From NCBI GenBank assembly GCA_013239625.1, contig MU053684.1:1-51093 (forward strand): a stretch of DNA of 51,093 nt, read 5' to 3'. The notes under the pieces were generated by a model that was not told where the DNA came from, ran no database searches, and saw nothing but the letters and a program-made list of their open reading frames with translations. This document shows positions 1 to 12,403 of this stretch, piece by piece (within the stretch, counting starts at the first letter, position 1; the number at the start of each line of letters is the position of its first letter). Both the position numbers and the translations under genes were made by a program. Source of the stretch: Lama guanicoe. Lineage: Eukaryota.

Positions 1-178
1 ATTTCAATACACTACCACCACGATAACATTTGTCATAAAATTATTTCATCATTTTACTAGATATGTATTTTGGTCTGTATTTTGAAAAGGAAGTCCATGC
101 TTGGAAATTTTCTTATTTTTATTTTCTGTGTTGGTTTTCCTTGACTTTTACATGAGTATTTTCTAATTTATTTTTCAG

Positions 179-199
179 AAAAACTTCAGGATGAAATTG
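179..199 (+). CDS. Butyrophilin-like gene, cytoplasmic heptad micro-exon (21 nt; xKLQDEI)
   Basis: tttttcag|AAAAACTTCAGGATGAAATTG|gtatga; phase 1-1; in frame with the downstream exons. Confidence 0.75.
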
Positions 200-1108
200 G
201 TATGAAATTGGTAACTTTTTTCTGACTTTTTTTTGAAGATGTATTTTGTAGAAATATTTTCCCTTTGTTTTCTTCCCTTCCTTTAAAATAGCCTTAAGTT
301 ACTATCTTCCAGATAATTTCATTATAAGGTTGGTTAAATGAAGGGGATTAGACTAAAAAGAATGTATTTTTACCTGTTTAGTAGAAAGCTTTCTTTCACT
401 TGGGTCCTTGAGCATGTCTTCTGATATGGTGTGTCCGTTGTTATGTATATAACATTGCCCCAGTTTAAAGTAAGGGGTTAGACTCCAAACCTGGTGAGAG
501 GGAGGTTTTCTTTTTGATTTACACACTTCATCTACTATAAGTATCTCTTGTTGTTGGCCTTTTACATATTTATCTATTACTGATGTCACATGTAAATCTG
601 AGATTTGGTAGTTTCCTTTTTTTGACCATACCTTCATGTGGTCCAATATCTATAAACATTTTTCCTTATTTTCCGTGCTTATTTTCTCTTCCCAACCTTA
701 TTTATTATTCTTCTTTCATTTTTATTTTAATTCACTCAGACAATACTCAACAAATTGTTTTCAGGATATTCTATTTTATATTGCATTTTTCACGCCAAGA
801 AACTTCAGCGCTAATGTATCTCTGCAGGCTAAGGCTATTTCATAAGGTATTCCTACAACACTTTTTAGTACCTCACTACAAGTATTGTTTAAATTCTCAT
901 GACCCTTCATATTAGATAGTATTCTTCAAATTGAAGCAAATTTTTCATTTAGAATGGACTTTAGAGATTTCTCTCATCATTTTTTAAATGTGCATTACTT
1001 GACCAATATGCAGACACAGACATTAGCAGATGTATGGCTTTATTTGCATCTTTTTATAATGTTAAGAAGTCCTGTCAAATATATGCGTATTCATGTATTT
1101 TCTCTCAG

Positions 1109-1135
1109 ATAGGAGAAAGGCTCAATTCAAGTCTG
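1109..1135 (+). CDS. Butyrophilin-like gene, 27-nt exon (DRRKAQFKS)
   Basis: ttctctcag|ATAGG...TCTG|gtgagt; phase 1-1. Confidence 0.85.
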
Positions 1136-1624
1136 GTGAGTAATGCTTATCTCTCAGAAATCTCCATTCTTCCATCTCTCTTGGGTTTTTCCCCTATAAC
1201 AGGAGGATAGGATGCAAAAGTAAAATAAAAATGTCTATATTCAGCAAAGAAGCATTTGTTTTTCTTTATTTAAATTTCTGTAATTTCAATGTATTCTCTC
1301 TGAAGTGTAAATGAGAAGTGATTCAGCATGTTTTTCCTCCTCTCCTCCTTCCTTCTTTCTTGTCTTTATTTGCTGCCCCCTCCTTTATGCTCTTCCTGTC
1401 CCTCCCACCTTTTCTTGCTTCTATATTTCTACCTGTCTTACACCTAACTGTTTTTATTATCATGTTTGAAAAAAATGGAATATGAAAGCAATACAGAATG
1501 GATAGAGGAAGTCCAAGGGATTCAAAAGAAGAAATAGGACAAAGACAGGAAGAAATGGGAAAGACAATGAGAGAAGATAGGGAAGAAAAGAAGGTAAAGG
1601 GTTTCCTATTTTGTTCTTTTGCAG

Positions 1625-1651
1625 CCTGGAGGAATGCACCATTATACCCTG
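1625..1651 (+). CDS. Butyrophilin-like gene, 27-nt exon (AWRNAPLYP)
   Basis: ttcttttgcag|CCTGG...CCTG|gtgagt; phase 1-1. Confidence 0.85.
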
Positions 1652-2195
1652 GTGAGTGATGTGGAATCTGATGAAGAATGTCCTATTATTGAAGATACCT
1701 TAAATGAACACTTACAGTGTGTGAAACAATATACTGAAAATCAAAGAAACTCCAAAGAATATACAACATGAATGTCACAGATTACTCAATATTTTAACAG
1801 ATAATCATGTCTTTAAAACCTTAAATTTTAACAGTTTTTTTTGTTTTTTTAATTGCATCTTACATTGTGTTTTGAGCATGTGTAGAGCAGTTCACCTGCT
1901 AAAATCTAAGGAAACTAAGTGAAAATTAAGTTATTTGGTCAGACACACTGTGTTCCCTACTTCCTTTCAAACATCCTAAATAGATTATAGATATTTATAC
2001 TGGAGTAACGTTGGGATCTCAAGTCAGACATAATTCAGCAGACTGTAAAAAGAAGTTCAAGGTTTGAAAATGTATATTCTTTGGTTGCTATTACCTTTGA
2101 GTTAATCCTAGGGAATTTATACTCATAGTATTTTGGACAGACAGGCAGTTTCATCTTTCATATGATGGGTTATCATGTTTATTTTTTCCTTGCAG

Positions 2196-2222
2196 ATTGG
2201 AGGAAAGAAGAATTTGAAGCTG
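2196..2222 (+). CDS. Butyrophilin-like gene, 27-nt exon (DWRKEEFEA)
   Basis: ttccttgcag|ATTGG...GCTG|gtgagc; W-R-K pre-B30.2 exon typical of BTN/BTNL genes. Confidence 0.88.
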
Positions 2223-2399
2223 GTGAGCCTATGATGATCTTCAAGGGACCTTGACCTTTGTGGGATAGTCTGGAAGAATGTTGGGTGGAAGTGAGCTGGG
2301 TCTACCCAGGGCCAGAGGAGTCCTCACAGAATGGGAATCTTCTGGCCCAGGCCTACTAAGACCCTTCCCAGAAACGTGATGGTCCACTTGTCTTTGCAG

Positions 2400-2935
2400 T
2401 AAACGTGACCCTGGATGCAGCCACTGCCCATCCTGCCCTCCTCCTGTCTGAAAAAGGGAGACAAGTTACCTGGCAAGAAACATGTCAAGATCTACCCAGC
2501 TCCCCACAGAGATTTGACTCCCTTCCCTGTGTGCTGGGTCAGCCACGCATCAGGTCAGGGAGATGCTACTGGGAAGTACAGGTTGAGGACATGCTATCCT
2601 GGGACTTGGGAATTTGTAGGGATACTGTAACACGGAAGGGGAGAGTCACAATGTCCCCACAGGATGGTTTCTGGGCCATTAGGCTCTACAAGGGAGAATA
2701 CTGGGCCCTCACCTCCCCAGTAACGTCTCTTATTCTAAAAGAAACTCTCCTTAGAGTAGGGATATTCCTAGATTATGAGGATGGAGATGTATCTTTCTAT
2801 AACATGACAGCTGGATCCCACATTTTCACCTTTCCCCAGAATACATTCTATGGTGACCTAAGGCCACTTTTCAGACTTTGGTCCTCTGAGTCAGGCCCCT
2901 TAACCATCTGTCCAGGGGAAGGAGAAAGCTATTGA
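2400..2935 (+). CDS. Butyrophilin-like protein (MHC Btnl1/4/6-type), terminal B30.2/PRY-SPRY exon
   Basis: Acceptor tctttgcag|T; VNVTLDAATAHPALLLS...RFDSLPCVLG...YWEV...WDLGIC...GFWAI...VGIFLDYEDGDVSFYN...PLF are B30.2 motifs; TGA at 2933-2935. Confidence 0.95.
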
Positions 2936-3437
2936 TGTTGTAATTCATATGCCTACCTCTCCATGAAAAATGATTATTTTGGGACCCCATGAAGATCACA
3001 ATTCTCTCGCAATGAGATATAAATTGATTTTTTCTACTCCTTACTGGATCATTCTCAAGATGAAGCTCTGGGACACAGACTTACAATTGTCCTTCATATC
3101 ACTTCTCCCTTCTTCTTTAGTTATAGATTTCTTCTTATTATTACCTTTTCCTATGATAGCCTCGTATAAATATTAGATTTCCTAGCCTCCCCTGTTGTAT
3201 ATGACTAAATGATGGTGGTGTATTAAATGCTGAATTATAAAGATGTGTTCTTAAAAGGAAATTATGTTCTTCTTTACTTTTTCTTCTGGCTGTAATATGT
3301 CATGATGGATGGAACTCAAAGAACACATATGACCCTGTAATATGACATGGATGTCAGAGAAATTAAAATGAACTTGCATTTTTGACAACTCCATGGATCT
3401 ACTCCAATGCCCAATTCTCAAATTCTTTTCTGTGAGA

Positions 3438-3443
3438 AATAAA
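3438..3443 (+). terminator. Candidate polyadenylation signal (AATAAA) of the BTNL gene
   Basis: AATAAA about 500 nt after the stop, followed by T/GT-rich sequence. Confidence 0.5.
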
Positions 3444-4496
3444 CTTTTATATCTCAATCAATTTATATGTTCGATATTTGTCACTTGTGATTGATTCTCA
3501 CCCTTCCTGCTGCAATCTCCCCTTACGTTTGGCTGCAAATGACATCCACAATTGAATATACAGGTGAAACTGGAGTTGTAAACTCCAGTCCTTGATTACT
3601 TAGCTACTGCTTCTCTTCCAGGGTGTCACTTTCATTAGGCCCCTCAATTTCTCCTGATCATGAGTCACTCCTGACTTCACTTCCTGCCCTTTCTTATTTA
3701 GGTGCCATGGCTAATAATTTGAAGTATTCTCTTACTAATAAATGAAAATACTGGTGTCATTGTCCTTCTGTCACATCAACTTGGCAAAATTCCAAATTAA
3801 TCTAATTATCCGTTTCTTATACTGGCAGCTTAGCCTGCTATAACATCCCACACAAATGAGTAGATTGTTTCCTTCATACATGTGTACCTATATATCAATT
3901 CTTGGACACCAGCACTATCTGATAATCCTCCTATGCATCTCCAGCCATATGCATTCCCTTATCTTGCAGGCAATTTTAGTAAAAAAAAAAATCCACTTTC
4001 TTTAAACTTCCAACTCTACCATGCCCTTATTCTCAGTTTATGACTATATTCCCTCTTTGAATAAAAATATAATTGTAAGAGGAAGAAGAAGAAGAAGAAG
4101 AAGGATCTATCAGAAGGGTACTGTATGCAAATAACAAACCTATTTAACTGTGCACCTCGCCATTATTCCTTCCTCCTTGTTATATTAAAAGAAATATTCC
4201 TCTTCCTTTACAGGAAGCACCAATTCTTCTTCCCCACATCCATCCTGTACTGCCTCTCTGGTAACTTGGATCCACCAATTATTCCTCTTAGCTTTTGTAC
4301 AAGCTTCTCCCCATAAACCTAAAAATTTTCAAAATCTTTCCCAGGTTAAAATCAAAACAATACAATTTTCCATCAACTCTGTGTCCTCCAATATACTCTC
4401 CTAACTCATTCTCTTTTCATAATCAAACTCTCAGAATGGTTCTCTAAATAATCTATTTATATTTCCCTGTTTCCCATTTCCTCTTCTGCATACTCT

Positions 4497-4952
4497 ATAT
4501 TATGGGTAGAGTTGTGTCCCCCACCACCAACCCATACCCCTCAGAAGTCACATGTTGAAGTCATAATCCCCAGTATTCAGAATGTGACTTTATCTGGAAT
4601 TAGGGTCCTTATGAATGTAATTGGCTAAGATGAGGTCATACTGGAGTAGGGTGAGTCCCTAATCCAACATTACTGGTGTCCTCATAAAAAGGTTAAATCT
4701 GGACACAAACATACACACATCATATCAAGAATGGAGTTTGGTCCCACAAGCCAAGGAATGTTCAAGATTGCTGGCAAAGCATGAAACGTTAGAAGAGAGG
4801 CATGAAACAGATCCTTTTCCTGTACTTTGAGAGGAAGTATAGTCCTGCTGATACCTTGATCTCAGACCTGTAGTTTTCACAACTGTGAGACAACAAACTT
4901 CTCTAGTTTAAGCCACTCATTTCTCTAGTTTAAGCCCTAGCAAAGTAATACA
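4497..4952 (+). mobile_element. MaLR MLT1-type solo LTR
   Basis: tatgggtagagttgtgtccc...atgttgaagtcataatccccagt...gaatgtgac...taagatgaggtcatactggagtagggtg...ccctagcaaagtaataca resembles MLT1 consensus. Confidence 0.8.
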
Positions 4953-5344
4953 TTCTATTTTTATTCCAATACATTCTATTTTTATCCCAAGAATTTCACG
5001 GAACTTTTCCCACTGAAGTCATCATTCTCTCAGTGGGTCTCAGTGGATACAACAGCAGTTATGTGAACCACATGTGTCTTCAGTATATACCCACATTTCT
5101 CTGGAGGGACAGCCTTAGCGCTCCAGTATTTGGGGGAGCCAACTGAGTATAGTCTTCAGGTAATAAGCGCTAGGCATTAAGAAGACAAGCTACACACTCC
5201 CAAAGAACCATCAATTCCTCTAAAATAGTTTCCTGAAATTCAGTCACAACTTTTCTTTTCAAAAGCAGTATTTGAACCCAACATACTAGTCAAACTTTAT
5301 CTGCCTGTTTTATGGTTCATCTCCTGTATATTTTATACAGCTTA

Positions 5345-7233
5345 AGAGATAGTCAAAAAGGAAAGTAAAGAAACAATCCCTTTTAAAATTGCATCCAAAA
5401 AAAAAATAAAATACTTAGGAATAAATCTGACCAAGGAAGTGAAAGACTTATACTCGAAGAACTACAAAACATTGACTAAGGAAATTAAAGACAATTTAAA
5501 GAAATGGAAAGGTAGCTCATGTTCTTGGATTGAAAGAATTAATATTGTTAAAATGGCCATACTACCCAAAGCAATCTACAGATTTAATGTGATCCCTATC
5601 AAATTACCTAGGACATTTTTCACAGAACTAGAACAAATAATCCTAAAATGTATATGGAATCACAAAAGATCCAGAATTGCCAAAACAATACTGAAGAAAA
5701 AGAATGAAGCTGGAGGAATAACCTTCCCAGACTTTAGACAATACTACCAAACTACGGTAATAAAAACAGCATGGTACTGGTACAAGAACAGACATATGGA
5801 TCAATGGAACAGAATAGAAATCCCAGAAATAAAACCACAGACTTTTGGTCAACTAATCTTTGACAAAGGAGGCAAGAACACATAATGGAGTAGAGACAGT
5901 CTCTCCAGCAAATGAAGTTGGGATAACTGGACAGCTGCATGTAAATCAATGAAGTTAGAATACTACCTCACACCATATACAAAAATAAACTCAAAATGGC
6001 TTAAAGACTTACACATAAGATAAGACACAATAAACCTCTTAGAAGAAAACATAGGGAAAGAAATCTGACTTAAAAATCTTAGCAATGTTCTCCTAGAGTA
6101 GTCTACCCAGGCAAAAGAAATAAAGGCAAAAATAAATAAATGGGACCTAATTAAACTTACAAGCTTTTGCACAGCAAAGGAAACCATAAACAAAACAAAA
6201 AGACAACCTACAGAATGGGACAAAATATTTACAAAAGATGAGACTGACAAAGGCTTAATTTCCAGAATATATAAACAGCTCATACAATTTAATAAGAAAA
6301 AAGAAAACCTAATCTAAAAATGGGCAGAAGACTTAAACAAGCAATTCTCCTGTGAAGACATACAAATGGACAATAGGCAAACGAAAAAAATGCTCAATAT
6401 TGCTAATTAGCAGAGAAATGCAAATCAAAACTACAATGAGGTATCACCTCACACCAGTCAGAATCGCCATCATTCAAAAGTCCACAAACCATACATGCTG
6501 GAGAGGCTGTGGAGAAAAGGGAACCTCCTACACTGTTGGTGGAAGTGTAGTCTGGTGCAGCCATTAGGGAAAACGATATGGAGATTCATCAAAAGACTAC
6601 AAACAGACTTCCTATATGATCCAGCAATCCCACTCCTGGGCATATATCCAGAGTGAACCTTAATTCAAAAAGATACATGCACCCCAATGTTCACAGCAGC
6701 ACTATTTACAGTAGCCAAGACAGGGAAACAGCCTAAATGTCCATCAACAGATGACTAGATAAAGAAGTGGTGTATTTATAAAATGGAATACTATTCAACC
6801 ATAAAAATATAAAATAATGCCATTTGCAGCAATATGGATGGATCAGGAGATTGTCATTCTAAGTGAAATAAGCCAGAAAGAGAAAGAAAAATATCATATG
6901 ATATCATTTATATGTGGAATCTAAAAAAAAGATAAATGAAAACAGAAACAGACTCATAGATATAGAAAACAAACTTATGATTACCAGTGCAGGAAGGAGG
7001 TGGGAAGGGGTAAATTTGGAGTTTGGGATTTGCAGATACTAACTAATATATATAAAACAGATAAACAAGTTCATACTATACAGTATAGGGAACTATATTC
7101 AATATCTTGTAGTAACCTATGGTGAAAAAGAATATGAAAATAAATATATGTATGTTCATGTATGACTGAAGCATTATGCTGTACACCCAAAATTGACACA
7201 ACATTGTAAACTGTTCTATATATACTTCAATAA
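5345..7233 (+). mobile_element. 5'-truncated LINE-1 (ORF2 3' part with stops plus 3' UTR)
   Basis: ORF 5439-5885 ([18 protein letters not shown]...WYWYKNRH) is L1 ORF2; continues through the C-terminal region and 3' UTR to AATAAA. Confidence 0.95.
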
Positions 7234-7618
7234 ACATATATATATGCATAATTTTTCTCATCTCATCCAAATACCTAAATTAAAGGATAAGTAAACCTTT
7301 AAGATATCAGCTTTGCCTATCAGTCTGAGGCAAAGCATATGGATCAAAGGTGATACTTCCTATTCACTACTGTACATTTCTTCAACTGTAACCTCCATCA
7401 AATGAAATCCACTGAAAGCTATATATCTGAACTCTTTCCACATTATTTCTTTCTCCCTGTTAGTATTTTAGAATTCCTATTGTGTGTGGTCAGTTTTCTA
7501 CATCAAATGTCCCCTACCCATACTCGAAGTGCACAGACAGCCCAAAGTTCGTTGTTCTGTTTTCTTTTAACATGTACACTATATCACATTGGCAATAATG
7601 AGACATTAAGCCTGGGGG

Positions 7619-8077
7619 TGTATTCATCAGGGTTCTCCAGAGAAAGAGAAGTAACAGGGTATATCTAAAAGGAGATCTATTGCAAGGAATTGGCTTACAC
7701 AACTGTAGGGGCTGGCAAGTCTGAAGTCTGTACGGTGGGTGAGCAGGCTATAAATTTATGTAAGAGTTGATATTGCTGTTGTGAGTTTGAAATCCAAAGG
7801 GTAAGCCAAGCATGTTGGAAACCCAGGCAAAGTTCCTTGATGCAGTCTTGAGACATGATTCTTTTCTTCCTTAGGAAATCTCAGCCTTTGCTCTGAAGGC
7901 CTTCAACTGATTGGATGAGTCCTACCCGTGTTACGGACAGTAACTTGCTTTATTTAGATTTGTGATTGTACATTCTTATTACATCTAAAAGATACCTTCA
8001 TAGCAACATCTAGACTCGTCTTTGATCAAATAACTGGGCACAATAGCCTAGGGAAGTTGACACATAGAACTATCACA
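7619..8077 (+). mobile_element. ERVL MLT2-type solo LTR
   Basis: TG...CA termini; tgtattcatcagggttctccagagaa...aagttgacacatagaactatcaca; imperfect 5-bp TSD ggggg/gaggg. Confidence 0.8.
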
Positions 8078-8684
8078 GAGGGTGTTTTGTTTTTTTGGTT
8101 TAGTTTGAATTTGGGTTCAGGTTTATGACGGTGGTAGCAGTTACGATGGTAATACCATAGAATTATCATGTTTCTTTCATTAGAATTTTTCTGCAAATTT
8201 ACAGTTAGTCTACAGTAAGACAGCTGCAATTCAGAAAACAGGCTGAGATACTAATTTATTTTGTAAAATGTTATACAATCAAATTATATAAAATTCTTTT
8301 ATGGTATGCTATTAACATAGTCAAAATTATGTAGTTTATTATTGTGAATGACTATTGGATTTGTAATGGTTCTGATAACTGTGCAGTATAACTAGAATGA
8401 GTCTGTGTCAATAGATAGTCAATTAAAATATGGAGTGATTATTTAAATACTAGCAATTTAAATTTATATATGTAAAAAATTTTAATGATCCCTTCCTCAT
8501 CAACCTAGACCATGAAAATAGGCCAAATAAGGATTTCCACCATCAAAGTTAATTTTTAAAGTTGGCAGGTAGAGAATCCTAAAACTGGACAGCATTACTC
8601 TCCTCCTCCTGCAGCTCGCTGCTTAGCCTAAAAAAATATCTCCATGGACAGTAGGCCTCCAAGGTAGAAATGAAACATGGCTTT

Positions 8685-8855
8685 GTAAATAGAGTACAGT
8701 CTTTGGAGTCAGAAACTCTGCCATTTGTTGGCTGGGCAACTTCAGATGTTTCCATCTTAAAGGGTTTCATGGTGAAGGTTATTGAGGATTAAATGAGTTT
8801 GTACTTGGAAAGTATCTACTACAGAGCCTTATAGTTCCTAGACACTCAATAAAAG
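8685..8855 (+). mobile_element. MIR SINE fragment
   Basis: ctttggagtcaga...gttattgaggattaaatgag...cactcaataaa. Confidence 0.6.
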
Positions 8856-9561
8856 GGAGTCTTACTGCTCTCCTTGTTCTCCACAATGGCTTATGGAATC
8901 CCATTCACTGGCTCATTCTTCCTAGCACCACAGACCTTTTAACTTTCCCTTACTGTCTAACTCCATCACCTCAGCTTCATGGTTCACCCTTCATTTGTTT
9001 CAAGGTTCCTCTTTTTAAATATTTATAAAAATATATTTTATAAATATAAATTAAAGGTCCCTCTATTTAAACAAAATGTTTTTCATTTTTAATCATCAAA
9101 CATTTATTTAGTGTCTAATCTATAGGAGGTTCTTTGCCTTAAGAGTTACAAAGATGAATGAAATACAATCTCTGGCCTCAAAATCTCTGGAAAATTAGAA
9201 ATTATTCCAGAGCCCAGATAGAGTAAGCTCCCTTTCAGTATCTTAAATTTAATGTCCTCCAAAGTATTCTGAAATCTTCCCAGCTTCTTGATCCTCCTCT
9301 TGCCTTTCTAAGTTCTAGTTCTTTGTTATGACACAGATTCCAGAACTTTCATAGGCCATACTCCTGTAGTCTGCTTAGGTCTTATCAACCTGAGCCACAT
9401 AATTCCTCTGCGACCCTCTGCACCCTTACCTACAAGGGCATTCCTCACATCCAAGTTCATACTGCTCAAAACAGTGAGCTTAGGGTGTTTATTTTATCTT
9501 GATATCCCTCTGACAAAGAAATCCAAATGACCGAGAACCCACTGAAGATAGTATCTGGAAA

Positions 9562-9574
9562 ATGGCAGTCTTGG
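9562..9574 (+). CDS. TSBP1: TSBP1 (C6orf10) first coding exon (MAVL+G)
   Basis: aaaATGGCAGTCTTGG|gtacgg, strong Kozak context; joins exon 2 to give MAVLEITLAVI, like recalled human MTVLEITLAVIL. Confidence 0.85.
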
Positions 9575-10319
9575 GTACGGTGACTCCTTCTCTGAGGCCT
9601 CCTTGACTTTGTTTGCTCAGGAGTCTTCTCTTTGGGAACTTTATCTTCCTTGCCTACTTTCTTTCAAATTCAATACCCTTTCTTTCACTCTCATCGACTT
9701 CTCTAGAAACCTGGGGAAAACAACACATTCAACTCAGCTCTAGAGTGAAAGTGCCTATTTCTCCTTCAGTCTGATCAGTTTTGAACTGGTCAAAGAAACC
9801 AGCTACCTTCCAGAGCTATAGGAAAATTCCTTAGCCTGTTATCTCACTTCCTATAATATTGCTCACTTTATAATCTTTCTCAACTCTTCCTCTTATTTTC
9901 CTCATAAATGGAGAGGATCATTTTCTAAATGGCCTAAAGCAAGAACATTTCAGATACCATTCAAGGAGAGTACTATTTTCCTAACACTTGATCCAAGTAC
10001 ACCACCTGCTTATCACTTCCTCCCCTAAGGATTATTTCACATCAGATATGAAATTTTTACTTTCATGATAGGGGCCAAACTACTTACTATTCATTTTAGG
10101 AGTCCATTAGGAGCAAATCTCTTAAGGTTAATTTGATAAGAGAATTTTCTCACATGATCTAACACCTAAAAGGCTCAATAGACATTGGCCTAATTTGCTC
10201 CAGTTGGAGGTGTATCATTACATTTTGAGGTGAATTCATGTACTGATTTTTGCAGTAGCCTTAATATTGTTGTAATTAATTTTCTTAGCCCTTCAGAGTT
10301 AATTTTTATTCTGAATTTT

Positions 10320-10510
10320 TCTTTTTTTACTGAGTTATAGTCATTTTACAATGTTGTGTCAAATTCCAGTGTACAGCACAATTTTTCAGTTTTCACATAC
10401 ATACATTCATTGTCACCTTCTCTTTCACTGTGAGCCACCACAAGATCCTGTATATATTTCCCTGTGCTACACAGTACAATCTTATTTTTTTTATTTATCT
10501 ATTCTACATT
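10320..10510 (-). mobile_element. Short L1 3'-end fragment
   Basis: Same 3' UTR terminus as the copies at 17815, 18280 and 26020. Confidence 0.8.
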
Positions 10511-11491
10511 TTGAAATTGTCATAGGCAGATTTATGATTGGTTCTTTCATTCACTCCTTCCTCTCATTCTTTCTCCCATCCGTCCTCTCTTCCTGCCTCC
10601 TTTCTTTCTTGTTTTCTTCCCTCCTTACTTCTTGTTTCCTTTCTGCCTTTTTTTCTTCCTTTCTTTCTTTTTCTTCTGAAGCTTCCATAGTCTCTGCTCT
10701 TCATAACCATAGCAAGATATCTAAGATATTCTCTCCTATGACACAGAAACAAACACAGGTTAGGAAGTCCCACGGTGCTTTCTCCTATTCACCACAGTAA
10801 CAACCCTCATAAATATCTATCTTATATGAGGAGCTTAGTAGGTGATAACTGAAAAGTCTTTTCCAATGATGAGAAATTTCTGTCCTCTACTGTGGCTTTC
10901 ATTACTATGAAATAAATGACCTTCCAAAATTTTTTTATCACTAATCCATGCAAAAATTTTGAGTACGCATTCCTTATGTTAAATTTTTAGGAACATACTA
11001 TTCTACTGATATATATGTTTTAAAACAGAAAACCTACTAATTTTAAAGCTATAAGATAAAAATATACATATATATATATATAGACAAAAATATAACATAA
11101 AAATAGAACAATATTTTTCTCATATCCCAATGGATTGCTTGGCATACCACTGATTGCCTCTAACCTTCTCTTGCCCACAGAATAAGGGGTTCAATGAGGA
11201 GGAAATCTGTCAGATTCCCCACTCTAAACCATGGGGGCATAGCATCTGAGGGTCTTAGTATCTGACCAAACAGAGGAGCAGAAAAGCCAAGAAATGGGCA
11301 GGAAAAGAAATGTGAGGACAATAAGATGATGAAGAGAAAGGAAGAAAGGGGTTGAGGTGGCAGAAAAGTGGATGAAGGGAAAATGTAAGAAGTGAAGGGA
11401 AATGTAAGAAGTATGTAAGAAGTGACCAGACGTTGTCTCTGATAATAACAAGTTTTAAATAAATAGGCCTACAGGTGAGTTTTTGTTTCAG

Positions 11492-11578
11492 AAATAACTT
11501 TGGCTGTCATCTTTACTCTACTGGGATTTGCCATTCTGGCTATTTTGTTAACAAGATGGACACGACGCAAGCAAAAGG
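11492..11578 (+). CDS. TSBP1: TSBP1 exon 2, transmembrane/signal-anchor (EITLAVIFTLLGFAILAILLTRWTRRKQK)
   Basis: tttcag|...|gtgagt; 87 nt; hydrophobic helix followed by basic residues. Confidence 0.93.
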
Positions 11579-12370
11579 GTGAGTAACAATGAGTCAAAAG
11601 GGAGATTCCCTATAAAAGTCACAGAGGAAGGGATGCCAAGATTCAGTTTGAGTTCATTTCTATTTATCAGATATCTAGAGACCTTGCCAATATTCTGGAA
11701 TCTGTTTCAGCATATGAATCAAAGAATCTCTGACCTATTAGTGATTCCTCTGCAGTTTTAAACTCCCAAAGCTCATGTTACCTATAATGCCAACCAAAAA
11801 AAAAAAAAAACCCGCATTGAGTTTAACAATAGTAATAATAAGAATACTCTAAAAGAAAGCTATCTGAACTCCAAGGGAAATTACTGAGGAAAAGAAAACA
11901 GAAGAGTGAAGACATTGTGGTAGTAGGTATCACTAGCTAACATAATATAGGAAGAATTCAATAATTTTAATGACTTAATTTTGGGGAGGTGATAAGAAGA
12001 AACAAATATAGAGTAGTACTTGTCAGAAACAGAATGGGGCTTACAAAAACAATGACCTATTTCTATGCCAAGAGATGTCTCCAGGATTTTTCTTAGCATC
12101 TTTCCCACTCCTTTCAAATCAGCTGCATCCCCTCTTTATTTCTCATCTTCTGTGCCTGTGAGCTCTCAGAAAATAGTAAGTGGTATGGCAGGATAGATAA
12201 AACAGGGCTGGCTGGAAGCACTGAGAAGAGGTGGGAACCAGTAATGCATCATGTCAAGAAGACCATTTGGGGAGCAAAGAAGAAAAGTTTAGAGTGAGGA
12301 CAGTAGAACAAGAAGAAGAACATCTCTCATAAGTAGCTAATAGAAATACTTTTGCTTAATTCTTCCACAG

Positions 12371-12403
12371 AAATTGATGTCTCAAGATACAGTTCTGAAC
12401 AAA
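12371..12403 (+). CDS. TSBP1: TSBP1 micro-exon 33 nt (EIDVSRYSSEQ)
   Basis: ccacag|...|gtaagt; matches recalled SRYSSEQ. Confidence 0.92.

Noticed and set aside
9019..9047. AT-only inverted repeat with 12-bp arms upstream of TSBP1
   Set aside because: Low complexity; such hairpins are common in AT-rich DNA
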